A stretch of 64,000 bases of DNA from Candidatus Bathyarchaeota archaeon (lineage in GTDB: Archaea; Thermoproteota; Bathyarchaeia; Bathyarchaeales; Bathycorpusculaceae). The position numbers and the translations under genes are program-made. The notes beneath the pieces were generated by a model, which had not been told where the DNA came from, did not search any database, and saw nothing but the letters and a program-made list of their open reading frames with translations. Of this stretch, positions 29,434 to 39,911 are shown piece by piece. The stretch's first letter is position 1. Each line of letters starts with the position of its first letter. Location of the stretch: the NCBI GenBank assembly GCA_963815095.1, contig CAWFFH010000007.1, forward strand, positions 60,457-124,456, in the 5' to 3' direction.

Positions 29434-30432
29434 ATGATCGACTTTACCCTGATCTTCCGCATACTCGTCTTTCCAGGTTTCACATTCATAGTACTCTTAA
29501 CTCTCTTTTGCGATTGGGTAGAACGCAAAGTCGAAGCCCGAATACAAAACCGCGTCGGACCTATGGTTGCTGGTCCAGCAGGGATTCTACAGCCTTTAGC
29601 CGACTTCATTAAACTTCTAACGAAAGAAGACATTGAACCAAGAGACGCAAAAAAAACCATCTTCAAGTTTGCACCTCTAGCAGCTTTCACAATCATGATT
29701 TTTGCCTTATTCTTCATACCAATTGATGGAAAAAACATATTTTCCACTGGCGGATTCAGTGGCGATTTAATCATTATTTTGGCTTTCTCAACAATAGCTA
29801 ACTTTTTGCTGTTCCTTGCAGGTTGGGCATCTTGCAACCCATACGGCACCATAGGCTCAGCAAGAGTGTTAACTCAGTTCTTAGGCTATGACATCCCGCT
29901 CTTTCTAATTGCTTTAACACCCGCATTCATCGCTGGCAGCTTGAGTATTGCAGAAATATCTGCATACCAATCAGCCCATTTTCTTCCATTCATCGTTTTG
30001 GCTCCTTGGGCTTTCGTCCTATTTGTAATAACTATGCAGGCGGAACTTGAAAAAGACCCGTTCGACGTTCCTCACTCTGAAAGCGAGCTCGTCGGCGGTT
30101 TAGAAACAGAGTTCACAGGCGCCAAACTGGCATTTCTTCATTTGACACGTGACGTGCAAATAGTTTTCGGTTCAGCGTTAGTGGTTATGTTGTTCCTTGG
30201 TGGTGCTAACGGGCCTGTATTCTTTGGTGCATCTTGGTTCTGGTTTACCCTGTGGTTTGTACTCAAACTCTTAGTTGTCGTATTGATTAGCGAGTACATT
30301 ACAACTGTATTTGCTCGCTTCCGCATCGACCAAGTCCTGTCAGGCAATTGGCGAATCCTCTTACCCGCAGCGTTGCTCTCTTTGATGCTTACTGTAGCTT
30401 TAGTAACATGGGTCTATCCATTGGTGGTGTAA
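29434..30432 (+). CDS. nuoH: NuoH-like membrane subunit
   Basis: ERKVEARIQNRVGP, QPLADFIKLL, PFD...ESELV and RFRIDQ motifs. Confidence 0.92.
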   Translation: MIDFTLIFRILVFPGFTFIVLLTLFCDWVERKVEARIQNRVGPMVAGPAGILQPLADFIKLLTKEDIEPRDAKKTIFKFAPLAAFTIMIFALFFIPIDGKNIFSTGGFSGDLIIILAFSTIANFLLFLAGWASCNPYGTIGSARVLTQFLGYDIPLFLIALTPAFIAGSLSIAEISAYQSAHFLPFIVLAPWAFVLFVITMQAELEKDPFDVPHSESELVGGLETEFTGAKLAFLHLTRDVQIVFGSALVVMLFLGGANGPVFFGASWFWFTLWFVLKLLVVVLISEYITTVFARFRIDQVLSGNWRILLPAALLSLMLTVALVTWVYPLVV

Positions 30433-30436
30433 CAAG

Positions 30437-30889
30437 ATGACGGAAAAGAAAAAACGCATATCCCCCATCTTCAGACGAGCGGTATCACACATATTCACAA
30501 AGCCAGCAACAACAAAATACCCGTTCGTAAAACCGGTGCTTCCTGAAGATGCCCGTTGCAAAACAGTTTATACAATTGAATCTTGCAACGTCATCGATAT
30601 TGGAACAGGTACAGGCGGTTCAAATGGCTTAACTTTGGATGTTAAATCAATCGTTGGCTCTAACTGTAGAGTTTGCGTACGAGATTGCCCAGCAGCCGCG
30701 ATAGAAATAGTTGAAGTGGAAGGCAAAAGACGCCCCCAAATCCGTTTTGACAAATGTATCTTCTGTCACCAGTGCGTAGAAAGTTGCCCCCGAGGTGCAA
30801 TTAAAAGCTCAGTTTTCTATGAATTAGCCACAACTGACAAATGCGCATTAATCCAAAAGCCAAATCACGCTAAGGAGACTAAATCTTAA
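30437..30889 (+). CDS. nuoI: NuoI-like 2x[4Fe-4S] subunit
   Basis: T.KYP, CRVCVRDCP and CIFCHQCVESCP motifs. Confidence 0.85.
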   Translation: MTEKKKRISPIFRRAVSHIFTKPATTKYPFVKPVLPEDARCKTVYTIESCNVIDIGTGTGGSNGLTLDVKSIVGSNCRVCVRDCPAAAIEIVEVEGKRRPQIRFDKCIFCHQCVESCPRGAIKSSVFYELATTDKCALIQKPNHAKETKS

Positions 30890-31353
30890 TGATCTTTGAA
30901 ATTCTCGCTGTAGGCCTGATAATTTCCGCCGTATTGGCGCTTTTCCTAGATGAAGTTATTTATTCCGTTGCCGCGTTGGCAGGAACTTTCTTTTTTACAG
31001 CATTAATCTACGTTTTAAACGGTGCACTATTTGCAGCTATTTTCCAGTTTGCCGTAGGCGTGGGCACGTTATCGATCTTGTTTCTTTCAGGAGAAATGTT
31101 AGGCGATAAACCAAAAAAGAAAACTTCCCCAAAACGCACAAGCGCCTTAATTGGAATAGGCGCAGTTTTATCGTTACCTGCAATTTTCCTCTCAGTTTCC
31201 GGTTCAACCGGCACAAATTCAAACCTTGATTTAAGTGATGCCCTGTGGAATGCTCGGGGTTTAGATGTTGTTTTACAGGCTCTTGTTATTTTGACAGTGT
31301 CTCTGGGAATCGCCATTGTCTTGTATGAGAAGAAGAAAAAGGGTGGTCAATAA
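30889..31353 (+). CDS. nuoJ: NuoJ-like membrane subunit
   Basis: Hydrophobic 154 aa at the position between I and K. Confidence 0.75.
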   Translation: MIFEILAVGLIISAVLALFLDEVIYSVAALAGTFFFTALIYVLNGALFAAIFQFAVGVGTLSILFLSGEMLGDKPKKKTSPKRTSALIGIGAVLSLPAIFLSVSGSTGTNSNLDLSDALWNARGLDVVLQALVILTVSLGIAIVLYEKKKKGGQ

Positions 31354-31673
31354 TGGACTTTGTTATACTGTCACTAGTAATGTTGGCTATTGGAATCTAT
31401 GGTTTGCTCACCAACCGTCAACTGATTAAAGTTTTCATATCCGTTGAGTTAATCGCAACGGCAGCCACATTGAATTTCGTGATGCTTGCGTCTTCTATGG
31501 GTGTCGGCTTAGGTCAAGCATTTCTAATTTTGGCGTTCTCAACTGATACCGCGGTCAGCGGCGTGATCCTAGGGTTGCTCGTCATAGTATCCAAAAAGTA
31601 CGGAACGAGCGACATGAGCAAAATAATACAGATGTTGCAAGATAAAGGCGAAAGTGAGGATGAAGTGCAATGA
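31353..31673 (+). CDS. nuoK: NuoK-like membrane subunit
   Basis: GIYGLL...ISVELI; 3 TM. Confidence 0.82.
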   Translation: MDFVILSLVMLAIGIYGLLTNRQLIKVFISVELIATAATLNFVMLASSMGVGLGQAFLILAFSTDTAVSGVILGLLVIVSKKYGTSDMSKIIQMLQDKGESEDEVQ

Positions 31674-33604
31674 TTCTTGAAGAATTCTCAGCGTGGTTCG
31701 TTTGGGTCCTACCCCTCATAGCAAGCTTATTTGTACCTATAATTGGAAAATACAGTGACAAAGCAAGAAACTACTTCGTTGTCGCAATTGCGGCTGTCAC
31801 AGCTGTGTTGGCGCTTTCCTTGGTTCCAAGTGTCTGGAATGGCAACGGCGTAGCCACCGAGTTCTCGGTATCCTGGATTCCAGGACTAAACGGTCCACTT
31901 AACGCTGGAGTCTACATAGACCCCTTAAGCGTATTATTCACATGTCTTGTTGCCTTCTTTGCATTAATCATCGCCATCTACTCAATAGGCTACATGAAAG
32001 GTGAAGAAGGATTAACACGCTACTACTACCTCATCTTACTTTTCATCGGCTCCATGATTGGCCTTGTAATCGCCGACAACATGCTGCAGATGTTTATCTT
32101 CTGGGAAATGGTGGGCTTATGCTCTTACGCTTTAATTTCGTTCTGGTATAAAAAACCAGAATCAATCAAAGCAGGTGTCAAAGTTTTTATAATGACACGT
32201 ATCGGTGACATCTCCTTGCTTGCCGCTATCGGTATCCTCTTTTTAATGTTTGGCACCTTCAGCTTCCACGGAGTAATAACCGGTATACAAGATGCTGCAA
32301 CGGCAGGGACATTGAATACAAGTCTACTGGTTGTTGTTGCATTCCTTGTTTTAGGCGGCGCTATTGCAAAGTCTGCTCAGCTTCCATTGTTCACTTGGTT
32401 ATATAGCGCTATGGAAGCCCCAACCTCAGTTAGCGCCCTCTTACATGCAGCCACAATGGTCAAGGCAGGTATCTATTTGCTTGCAAGGTTCATACTCATA
32501 TTCTCAGTTGCACCCGTACTAATCACAGCTTTAGGCACTCAGTTCTGGTTTGCAACAGTATCTTGGATAGGTGTTTTAACCGCCATAGTCGGAGCAACAC
32601 TCGCGTTAACAACCACCGACATCAAAGGAGTCCTTGCATACTCAACTGTAAGCCAGATTGGTTTCATGATGGCTGGGTTAGGCGCAGCAGTGGATGGAGC
32701 TGCTTCAATTGGCTGGTTTGCAAGCTTATTCCATATGGTCAGTCACGCTTTCTTCGAAGGTCTTGGATTCCTCTTGGCAGGAGGTATTATACATGCAATC
32801 GGCACACGTGACATGCGCCTTATGGGCGGTTTACGCAAGGCTATGCCTATTTCATTCATTCTGATGGCAATCATGATTATCACCACTAGTGGTCTGCCGC
32901 CTTTCGCCGCGTTTTTTAGCAAAGGCCTAATTATCTCAAGCGCAACTGACGCTGGATACCTTGCCCAAGCAATAATTCTCTACGCTACCGCCGCGATAAC
33001 ATTCGCCTATGTCGTGCGTATGTTTAGTTTGGCGTTCATGGGTAAAGAATCTGAACACATCCAAAAACAGCATGTTCACGAAGCACGCAAAGTCATGCTT
33101 ATCCCAGCAGCAATCCTTGCAGGCTTATGCATCGTATGGGGCTTATCAGAGACTATAGTAGCAAGCTTTATGCATGTAAACTTGGGCGAAGGCTTACTAG
33201 CTGCATTCACAAACATAGAGTTCCCCATCTTCATCGTATTGCTCATACCCACAGGATTAATCGCATATTATACATATTACAAGGGCTATCAGGGGATCCG
33301 AAACTTTGCCGCAGGCAAAAACCCTCTTATGACAACATTCAAACATGCTTACTTCTTCGACGACTTCTACGGTGCAGTCTCAAAGGGAATAGAACGTTTC
33401 TCAGATGGCCTTACACGAATCGAAAATGCCCTGTTCGGACGCTACCCCGACAACGCTGCCAACCAAGTCGGTGAGGCTGCAGAACCTGGACACGCTACAA
33501 CTTTGAAGCAGGGACCATCAGACTCCTTTAGAAACTACGTCGCCGCGGCAGTTCTCGGCTTCATACTAATCGTTATACTGATCATATTAACTGTAGGAGT
33601 GTAA
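31670..33604 (+). CDS. nuoL: NuoL-like antiporter subunit
   Basis: WEMVGLCSY and KSAQLPL..WL..AMEAPTSVSALLHAATMVKAG motifs. Confidence 0.92.
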   Translation: MILEEFSAWFVWVLPLIASLFVPIIGKYSDKARNYFVVAIAAVTAVLALSLVPSVWNGNGVATEFSVSWIPGLNGPLNAGVYIDPLSVLFTCLVAFFALIIAIYSIGYMKGEEGLTRYYYLILLFIGSMIGLVIADNMLQMFIFWEMVGLCSYALISFWYKKPESIKAGVKVFIMTRIGDISLLAAIGILFLMFGTFSFHGVITGIQDAATAGTLNTSLLVVVAFLVLGGAIAKSAQLPLFTWLYSAMEAPTSVSALLHAATMVKAGIYLLARFILIFSVAPVLITALGTQFWFATVSWIGVLTAIVGATLALTTTDIKGVLAYSTVSQIGFMMAGLGAAVDGAASIGWFASLFHMVSHAFFEGLGFLLAGGIIHAIGTRDMRLMGGLRKAMPISFILMAIMIITTSGLPPFAAFFSKGLIISSATDAGYLAQAIILYATAAITFAYVVRMFSLAFMGKESEHIQKQHVHEARKVMLIPAAILAGLCIVWGLSETIVASFMHVNLGEGLLAAFTNIEFPIFIVLLIPTGLIAYYTYYKGYQGIRNFAAGKNPLMTTFKHAYFFDDFYGAVSKGIERFSDGLTRIENALFGRYPDNAANQVGEAAEPGHATTLKQGPSDSFRNYVAAAVLGFILIVILIILTVGV

Positions 33605-33608
33605 GAAA

Positions 33609-35204
33609 ATGACGCTACCCATTCTTTTAGCAGTATTTGCAATTCCAACAATAAGCATACCCTTTGTTTACTTTACAGGAAAGAAATCGCCAAAAGCAGC
33701 AGCAATTTTTGTTGCTTTAATAGCGCTTATCAACTTGGGCTTGGTTTTATCCACGGTTCCAACTGTACTTAACGATGCAAGCCACCGCTACACCGAATCC
33801 TACAGTTGGATCTCAACCCTAAACGGTACCCAATTCTCACTATTTGTCGACGGGATAAGCGCCTCCATTGCCTTAATCAGCCTAGGCCTAATCTTCGTAG
33901 CCGCTCTCTACTCAATTAACTATATGTCAGGCAAAAAGAACCTTCCAGCCTACTATGCACTGCTCTGTATGCTGTCAGTAGGTTTAATCGGTGTGTTCTT
34001 AACCTCTAATCTGATTTTATTCTACTTCTGCTGGGAACTAATGCTTGTTCCTGCCTACTTCATAGTTGGCGAATGGGGCTACCGAAACAGCTACAAATCT
34101 GCATTCAAACTTTTCATATACACCCATGCAGGAGCAGTATTTGTTCTGCTGGGTATAGGAACAATATATTATCTAACCAATACTTCAGACATGTTCCAAG
34201 CTCAAGCAGCTTTATCCGCTTTCCCAGATCTCGCCAAATGGATAATAATCGCGTTAACCGCTGGGTTCGCCGTTAAAATGGCAATATTTCCAGTTCACGG
34301 GTGGCTCCCAGATGCACACTCTGAAGCACCAGCACCCATGTCTGCGCTCCTAAGCGGAGTCATCATTAGCGCAGGAGCTTATGCCATTTTGCGATTATCA
34401 TTTGGAATAGTTTTCCCGGCAGTCGGAACAGCATTCGGAACAAACTTCCTTTATGCCTTGTCAATAGTCGGTGTAATTACTGCGTTTTTCGGTTCATTTC
34501 TTGCGCTTGTTGCAACTGACATAAAACGCCTAATTGCCTACTCAAGTATTGCCCACATGGGCTACATCATGTTCGGGCTATCCCTGTTTCCAGTGGCTTT
34601 AGCCAGCGGAAACCCAGTGTTCCTTGCATCTGCCTCAGCCATTGCAATCGTAGGTACCGTACTCCACATAATCACCCACGCCGCCAGCAAAGGCCTCTTC
34701 TTCCTTACTGCAGGCGGAATCATGCATCAAACTGAAGAAAGAGACATCCGCAAAATGGGCGGTTTAGCAAGCAAGATGCCGTTTTCAACCGTTTCAGGAA
34801 CTATAGCGGCGTTGAGCATTGCAGGAGCGCCACCACTAGCATGCTTCATCAGTGAATTTCTAATATTCGTCGGCGCTATACAGATAATAAATAAGACGGG
34901 AGGAGCTAGCAGCTTCTACATAATACCCACAGCTCTTATGCTCATAGCAACAGTGTTCTCGTTAGCCTACGCATTAAGATTCATCTCAAAAGTGTTCTTT
35001 GGAACATCAAAAGACGAAGAGGGCGCAGAAGAAGGACACAAAGATGCTGCCGAACACATAGCTGCTGAAAAACACAAGATCGTCGATGTTCCCAATTACA
35101 TGAAGGTCTCATTGGCAATCTTGGTGGTTCTGGTAGTTCTCATTGGGATTTACCCGACGTTCTTCATGAATCTAATACAAACAGTTACCTTTGGAGGCGC
35201 TTAA
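33609..35204 (+). CDS. nuoM: NuoM-like antiporter subunit
   Basis: FCWELML, KMAIFPVHGWLPDAHSEAP and AYSSIAHMG motifs. Confidence 0.9.
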   Translation: MTLPILLAVFAIPTISIPFVYFTGKKSPKAAAIFVALIALINLGLVLSTVPTVLNDASHRYTESYSWISTLNGTQFSLFVDGISASIALISLGLIFVAALYSINYMSGKKNLPAYYALLCMLSVGLIGVFLTSNLILFYFCWELMLVPAYFIVGEWGYRNSYKSAFKLFIYTHAGAVFVLLGIGTIYYLTNTSDMFQAQAALSAFPDLAKWIIIALTAGFAVKMAIFPVHGWLPDAHSEAPAPMSALLSGVIISAGAYAILRLSFGIVFPAVGTAFGTNFLYALSIVGVITAFFGSFLALVATDIKRLIAYSSIAHMGYIMFGLSLFPVALASGNPVFLASASAIAIVGTVLHIITHAASKGLFFLTAGGIMHQTEERDIRKMGGLASKMPFSTVSGTIAALSIAGAPPLACFISEFLIFVGAIQIINKTGGASSFYIIPTALMLIATVFSLAYALRFISKVFFGTSKDEEGAEEGHKDAAEHIAAEKHKIVDVPNYMKVSLAILVVLVVLIGIYPTFFMNLIQTVTFGGA

Positions 35205-35207
35205 ACA

Positions 35208-36731
35208 ATGGTTCAAATCCTAGACATAGTATTACCCATCTTCACGCTAGTAATCGCTGCATTACTTACAATTCCAATATTTAGGATTATCAGAAAACAA
35301 GAAAACCATAAAACCGCTCTAACATTGGGCTGGCTCTTAACCGTTTTCCTGATTGCAGGCGCAACCGTGGCTAATCTTGCATTAAGCTATTACAGCACAG
35401 CCAACCCGCCGCCATTAAACTTGGCTTTAGATGGTAGTATATCATCTGCAATTTCAAGTTCCTTTTTAGTAGATGCCATTTCCATCTATATGGCAATAAT
35501 CATCGTAGCAATTAGCTCGGTAGTCATGGTTTACAGTGTTTTCTTTATTGACTCTAACGAACGCCCCTCAGACAGGTACTTTGCAATCATGCTCATACTC
35601 ACCGCAGCATTGTTGGGCGCTGTTCTCTCAGGCGACCTCTTAACCTTCTTTATTTTCTGGGAAGCCGCAACCGCAGCTGCAGCCTTCCTAATGATGTACC
35701 GAAAGAATGCGTTCAGCCTCAATGCAACCCTAAAGTTCCTGGTAATGGTCATAATCGCTTCAGCATTCGTATTGTTTGGAATGTCGATCGTTTACGGCTT
35801 AACTGGCAGCTTAAACTACAGTGCTGTCAGAGAAGCTTTGAATGTTTCCACTTTGGTTGGATCTGACAAAAACTTACTTATAATCGCCTTCGTCTTCATC
35901 GCTGCTGGCTATGCTATTGAAGCAGCAATTGTGCCATTCCACTTCTGGCTACCCGACGCATACACAGCCGCACCAGCACCATCAGCAGCATTCCTTTCAG
36001 CACTTGTTGACCAAGGCAGCTACTATATTCTCATCAGAATACTGCTGTACATTATCATTCCAACGGGTCCGAACCTAGTGTTAGATTGGACATTCATGCT
36101 CGCCATATTGGCTGCAGTAACTATGGTCGTTGGCAATGTGTTCGCTTTAATCCAAAACGACGTAAAACGCTTAATCGCATACATCTGCGTTGCAGACGTC
36201 GGCTACAACCTGGTAGCAATCACCAGCATAAAATCACTTGGTCTCGAAGGGAACCTATACTTCTTCCTCATCGGCGGCTTAACCACAGCCTTAGCTTTCA
36301 TGGCAATAGGCATCATAAACAAATACGGCATAAAGACACTCAGTGACTTCGCTGGATTCGGCAAGAAAGCGCCTCTGGTAAGTTTAGCTTTAGTAATAGC
36401 TGGATTATCGTTCGCTGGAGTACCACCGCTAGGAGGATTCATAGGTAAATATCTCGTCTTCACCGCTGCACTGCAAGCAAACCTCAGCTGGTTAGCTATA
36501 ATTGGAGTCTTAACAAGCGTCTTGCAAACCGCCTACATCTTCCGCCTAATGAACGTCATGTACTCAAAGAAACCAAAGGACGAAACACCCCTCAAAGAAA
36601 ATAGACGCTTGCTCATCCCTGTCTTCATCTTGGTCGCGGCAATCTTCTTGTTAGGCTTATTCCCAGACATCGTCCTCCAACTGATTCAGCCAGCAACACA
36701 CCAACTCTCAGCCCTAATCCCAACCCTCTAA
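35208..36731 (+). CDS. nuoN: NuoN-like antiporter subunit
   Basis: PFHFWLPDAY and GVPPLGGFIGK motifs; last gene of the operon. Confidence 0.85.
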   Translation: MVQILDIVLPIFTLVIAALLTIPIFRIIRKQENHKTALTLGWLLTVFLIAGATVANLALSYYSTANPPPLNLALDGSISSAISSSFLVDAISIYMAIIIVAISSVVMVYSVFFIDSNERPSDRYFAIMLILTAALLGAVLSGDLLTFFIFWEAATAAAAFLMMYRKNAFSLNATLKFLVMVIIASAFVLFGMSIVYGLTGSLNYSAVREALNVSTLVGSDKNLLIIAFVFIAAGYAIEAAIVPFHFWLPDAYTAAPAPSAAFLSALVDQGSYYILIRILLYIIIPTGPNLVLDWTFMLAILAAVTMVVGNVFALIQNDVKRLIAYICVADVGYNLVAITSIKSLGLEGNLYFFLIGGLTTALAFMAIGIINKYGIKTLSDFAGFGKKAPLVSLALVIAGLSFAGVPPLGGFIGKYLVFTAALQANLSWLAIIGVLTSVLQTAYIFRLMNVMYSKKPKDETPLKENRRLLIPVFILVAAIFLLGLFPDIVLQLIQPATHQLSALIPTL

Positions 36732-36919
36732 ACCAACTAACCAGCGGAATACTTTGAATGGGCACATTCTTGCCCGTTTACTCTTCATACTTTTTTCATA
36801 AAAAAGGTAGGTTCTTTTGATTGAAAACAGCTGCTTAGTATGTTAAAATCGTTATACTTTATTGTTAACTTGTTTTGTGGTCGCTATTTTTATAAGTCCT
36901 ACGCTTGAATTAGGTTTTC

Positions 36920-37711
36920 ATGCAAGCTGAATTTGGAGTAATCGGTGGCACAGGTCTTTATGACCCTAAACTTCTAAAAAACATCCAAGAAGTAACAGTT
37001 GAAACCCCATATGGCAAACCCTCAGATGCCATAACCGTTGGCGAACTTGCCGGAAAATCCGTTGCATTTCTACCAAGACACGGAAAAAAGCACACCATAC
37101 GCCCCACAGACATCAATGTTAGAGCGAACATTTTCGCTCTCAAAAAACTCGGTGTAAAACACATATTGGCGCCTTCAACGGTTGGTTCACTGCGCGAAGA
37201 ATATCATCCCGGCGAAATTGTGTTCGTAGACCAATTCATCGATCGAACCACACGACGCGAGCAATCCTTCTACACAGCAACGGAAGGAAAAGTTTGTCAC
37301 ATCTCAGTTGCTGAACCCATGTGCCCCGAACTACGTAAAACATTAATTTCAGTTGCTAAAGGCTTAGGTATCAAAATGCATGAAACAGGCACATACGTTT
37401 GCATTGAAGGGCCTCGCTTTTCTACCAAAGCAGAATCCAAAATGTACCGTCAATGGGGAGCCGACGTGGTTGGTATGACCCTGGTTCCCGAATGCGTCTT
37501 GGCTCGAGAAGCTGAAATCTGCTATGCAAACATATCCACCGTTACAGACTACGACGTTTGGAAAGACCACGTAGTCAGCGTTGACGATATTCTATCAACT
37601 ATGAAAAGCAACGTTGAGAATGTTAAGCGTATAATCGCTGAAACAGTTGCCAAAACGCCAGCCAAATGCAGTTGTGGATGTGAACAAGCATTAAAAGGAG
37701 CATTCGTTTAG
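36920..37711 (+). CDS. mtnP: S-methyl-5'-thioadenosine phosphorylase
   Basis: GVIGGTG, LPRHG, EGPRFST.AES, VGMT and TDYD motifs. Confidence 0.92.
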   Translation: MQAEFGVIGGTGLYDPKLLKNIQEVTVETPYGKPSDAITVGELAGKSVAFLPRHGKKHTIRPTDINVRANIFALKKLGVKHILAPSTVGSLREEYHPGEIVFVDQFIDRTTRREQSFYTATEGKVCHISVAEPMCPELRKTLISVAKGLGIKMHETGTYVCIEGPRFSTKAESKMYRQWGADVVGMTLVPECVLAREAEICYANISTVTDYDVWKDHVVSVDDILSTMKSNVENVKRIIAETVAKTPAKCSCGCEQALKGAFV

Positions 37712-37723
37712 GGGATAAGACAA

Positions 37724-38269
37724 ATGAACAAAACCGACAAAAAAATAGATATAAAATCCAAAATCCGAAGAATCCCAGAGTTCAAAGGTGTAACTTTCTG
37801 GGACATAACACCCCTCCTAAAAGACAAAGCCTGCTTTCACGAATGTATCAAACAATTAGCCGACCACTATAAAGACAAACCAATCGATGTAATTGTTTCA
37901 AATGAAGCAAGAGGATTCATCGTAGGCGCACCCTTAGCCTACGAGTTAGGCGTGGGGTTTGTCCCAATACGCAAAAAAGGTAAATTACCCTACAAATGCA
38001 TGGACCTAACATACAAAAAAGAATATGAATCTGACACCATCGAAATTCACCAAGACGCGATTGAAAAAGGACAGAACGTTTTGCTCATCGACGACCTTTT
38101 AGCCACGGGCGGCACCGTTAAAGCTAACATTGAATTGGTTGAAAAGTTAGGCGGCAAAGTTGTTGGATTGGGCTTCCTCATCGAATTGGGTTATTTAGAA
38201 GGTCGAAAGGCACTTGGCAATAAACACGACATATACTCACTGGTTCAATTGAAAACCACAAACGGGTAA
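37724..38269 (+). CDS. apt: adenine phosphoribosyltransferase
   Basis: F.DITPLL, EARGF, RKKGKLP and LIDDLLATGGT motifs. Confidence 0.95.
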   Translation: MNKTDKKIDIKSKIRRIPEFKGVTFWDITPLLKDKACFHECIKQLADHYKDKPIDVIVSNEARGFIVGAPLAYELGVGFVPIRKKGKLPYKCMDLTYKKEYESDTIEIHQDAIEKGQNVLLIDDLLATGGTVKANIELVEKLGGKVVGLGFLIELGYLEGRKALGNKHDIYSLVQLKTTNG

Positions 38270-38509
38270 AAAGAAGTAATCAAGCATGTAAATTTCGGGC
38301 TTGGCTGTAGAAAGAACAATTCAAGCTCTATTTCTTTACTACCTTTAGACGGCGAAAATATAATTGCCAATGGCGCCTCTCGAAGCCCCAGCGCTCTCCG
38401 GCTGCAAAAAAATTTAAAGCCGTTTTTAACACGGTTTGTTGTTGTACTATGACAGCAACGCACACTTAATAGTTAATTCTCGAATAATTATCATAAGTAG
38501 ATTTTTGAG

Positions 38510-38821
38510 GTGGATTTTTTGGAGAACATTTTTGTAGATATGGGAACGGAGATTAGTAGCAAATACTCTAAACAAGAAATCTTTGAGAAACCCAATCGGA
38601 GCGCTTTTGTTTTTATAACGGCAGATTCCGATGACAATAGCTTATTGCTTGAAGATTTAAGGAAGATTGAGGAAGTCAAAGAGGCTTACCTTGCTTACGG
38701 TGTTTATGACATTGTAGCTAAGGTAAGCGGCACATCGTTTAACCATGTTCGCGAGATTGTTCAATCAAGAATAAGAAACCTGACAAGCATCAAATCAACG
38801 TTGACTCTAACCATTATCTAA
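38510..38821 (+). CDS. Lrp/AsnC ligand-binding-domain protein
   Basis: AFVFI...VKEAYLAYGVYDIVAKV...IR.L..IKSTLTL pattern; no HTH. Confidence 0.8.
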   Translation: MDFLENIFVDMGTEISSKYSKQEIFEKPNRSAFVFITADSDDNSLLLEDLRKIEEVKEAYLAYGVYDIVAKVSGTSFNHVREIVQSRIRNLTSIKSTLTLTII

Positions 38822-39357
38822 ACATGCGCAATCATACATTGCCAATCTAAATGCGTTTGAACCGCAACTATGTACTCAACGAAAAATACTTCTTTGCTTT
38901 TCGATTTATAGGTGAAACTTTTTACTTTATTTTGTATTTTTTCAATAATTTTTAACTCTAATAGTTTAGCTGCTTCTCCGAAAATTGTTTCAACTGCAAG
39001 AGTGAAACTTTCGATCATGCGAGGAATTTGTTCTTTTCTTATGCCGTGCTTGTTTTCTAAGTAACTGTAAATGGCTTTCTTAACATTTTCTCCAAGGGAA
39101 GTGAAAACTTCATCAATTGCATCTATTAAGGTTGTTTCAAAATTGATTTTTAGTGGTTCTTTTTCGCCGTTTAGGACGAAAGTTGTTATGCTGGTTAGTT
39201 GTTGAGCCATTTTCATTCCTGCTTGTTGTTGTGTTCTGCTTAGCAACGGTTGTATCTTAATTGTTAATATATCACTTGTTTTAGATTCCGATATATTCCC
39301 AAAGTCGATATATACAAAAAAGATATGTGCAAAACAAGTAATAAAAAAAATAGCCAA
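38818..39357 (-). CDS. hypothetical protein (possibly DUF3227/NitrOD5-like); real start probably ~39215
   Basis: AIDEVFTSLGENVKKAIYSYLE...IP..IE.F..A.E.IFG..AKLLE pattern. Confidence 0.55.
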   Translation of the reverse strand: MAIFFITCFAHIFFVYIDFGNISESKTSDILTIKIQPLLSRTQQQAGMKMAQQLTSITTFVLNGEKEPLKINFETTLIDAIDEVFTSLGENVKKAIYSYLENKHGIRKEQIPRMIESFTLAVETIFGEAAKLLELKIIEKIQNKVKSFTYKSKSKEVFFVEYIVAVQTHLDWQCMIAHV

Positions 39358-39552
39358 AATTAGCGTGCTTTGCCTTTTAATTCATGCACATGCATTCGAA
39401 CTTGTCCTTTTACTTATTCAGGTGCCTTCCATGATAATGGCTATCTACTACAAATGCCCAATAACATCATGCAGTTTGCCACATTTTCGATAAAGCAAAA
39501 TCCATAATCCTTTTTAAAATCCCCTGAGTAGTATAGAGTAAGATGTGATTTT

Positions 39553-39816
39553 TTGACAACATACATGGTTAACTCAGCTATTTTAAAATCTGGAAAAAAT
39601 CCAAAAACCTGTGCACAAGGCGCAGCAAAAATGCTTGCCAAAGGAAAAATCAAGGGAATAGAAATGAAAGCCTGTTATTGCTGTGAAACAGAAAATAGAG
39701 TTGCTTTTCTTATTGAAGGCCCAAGCGAGGATGCTATCTTACGTGTGGTTCAAGAGCAACTTGACATTCCAGTCGCTTCAATAATGGAAGCAGAAGAAGT
39801 CTCAGTTTTGCCATAA
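39553..39816 (+). CDS. small hypothetical protein (ferredoxin-like fold, DUF4242/GYD-like?)
   Basis: 87 aa with CYCC and FLIEGPSEDAI. Confidence 0.55.
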   Translation: MTTYMVNSAILKSGKNPKTCAQGAAKMLAKGKIKGIEMKACYCCETENRVAFLIEGPSEDAILRVVQEQLDIPVASIMEAEEVSVLP

Positions 39817-39911
39817 CCCCTGCCAATATCCTTTGTTGCAGCTTGAAGAAAAATTCTCAAGCCTTTTTCTGTATTTTAAAATAGCGATATCTTATAGAAA
39901 ATGCGTCTAAT

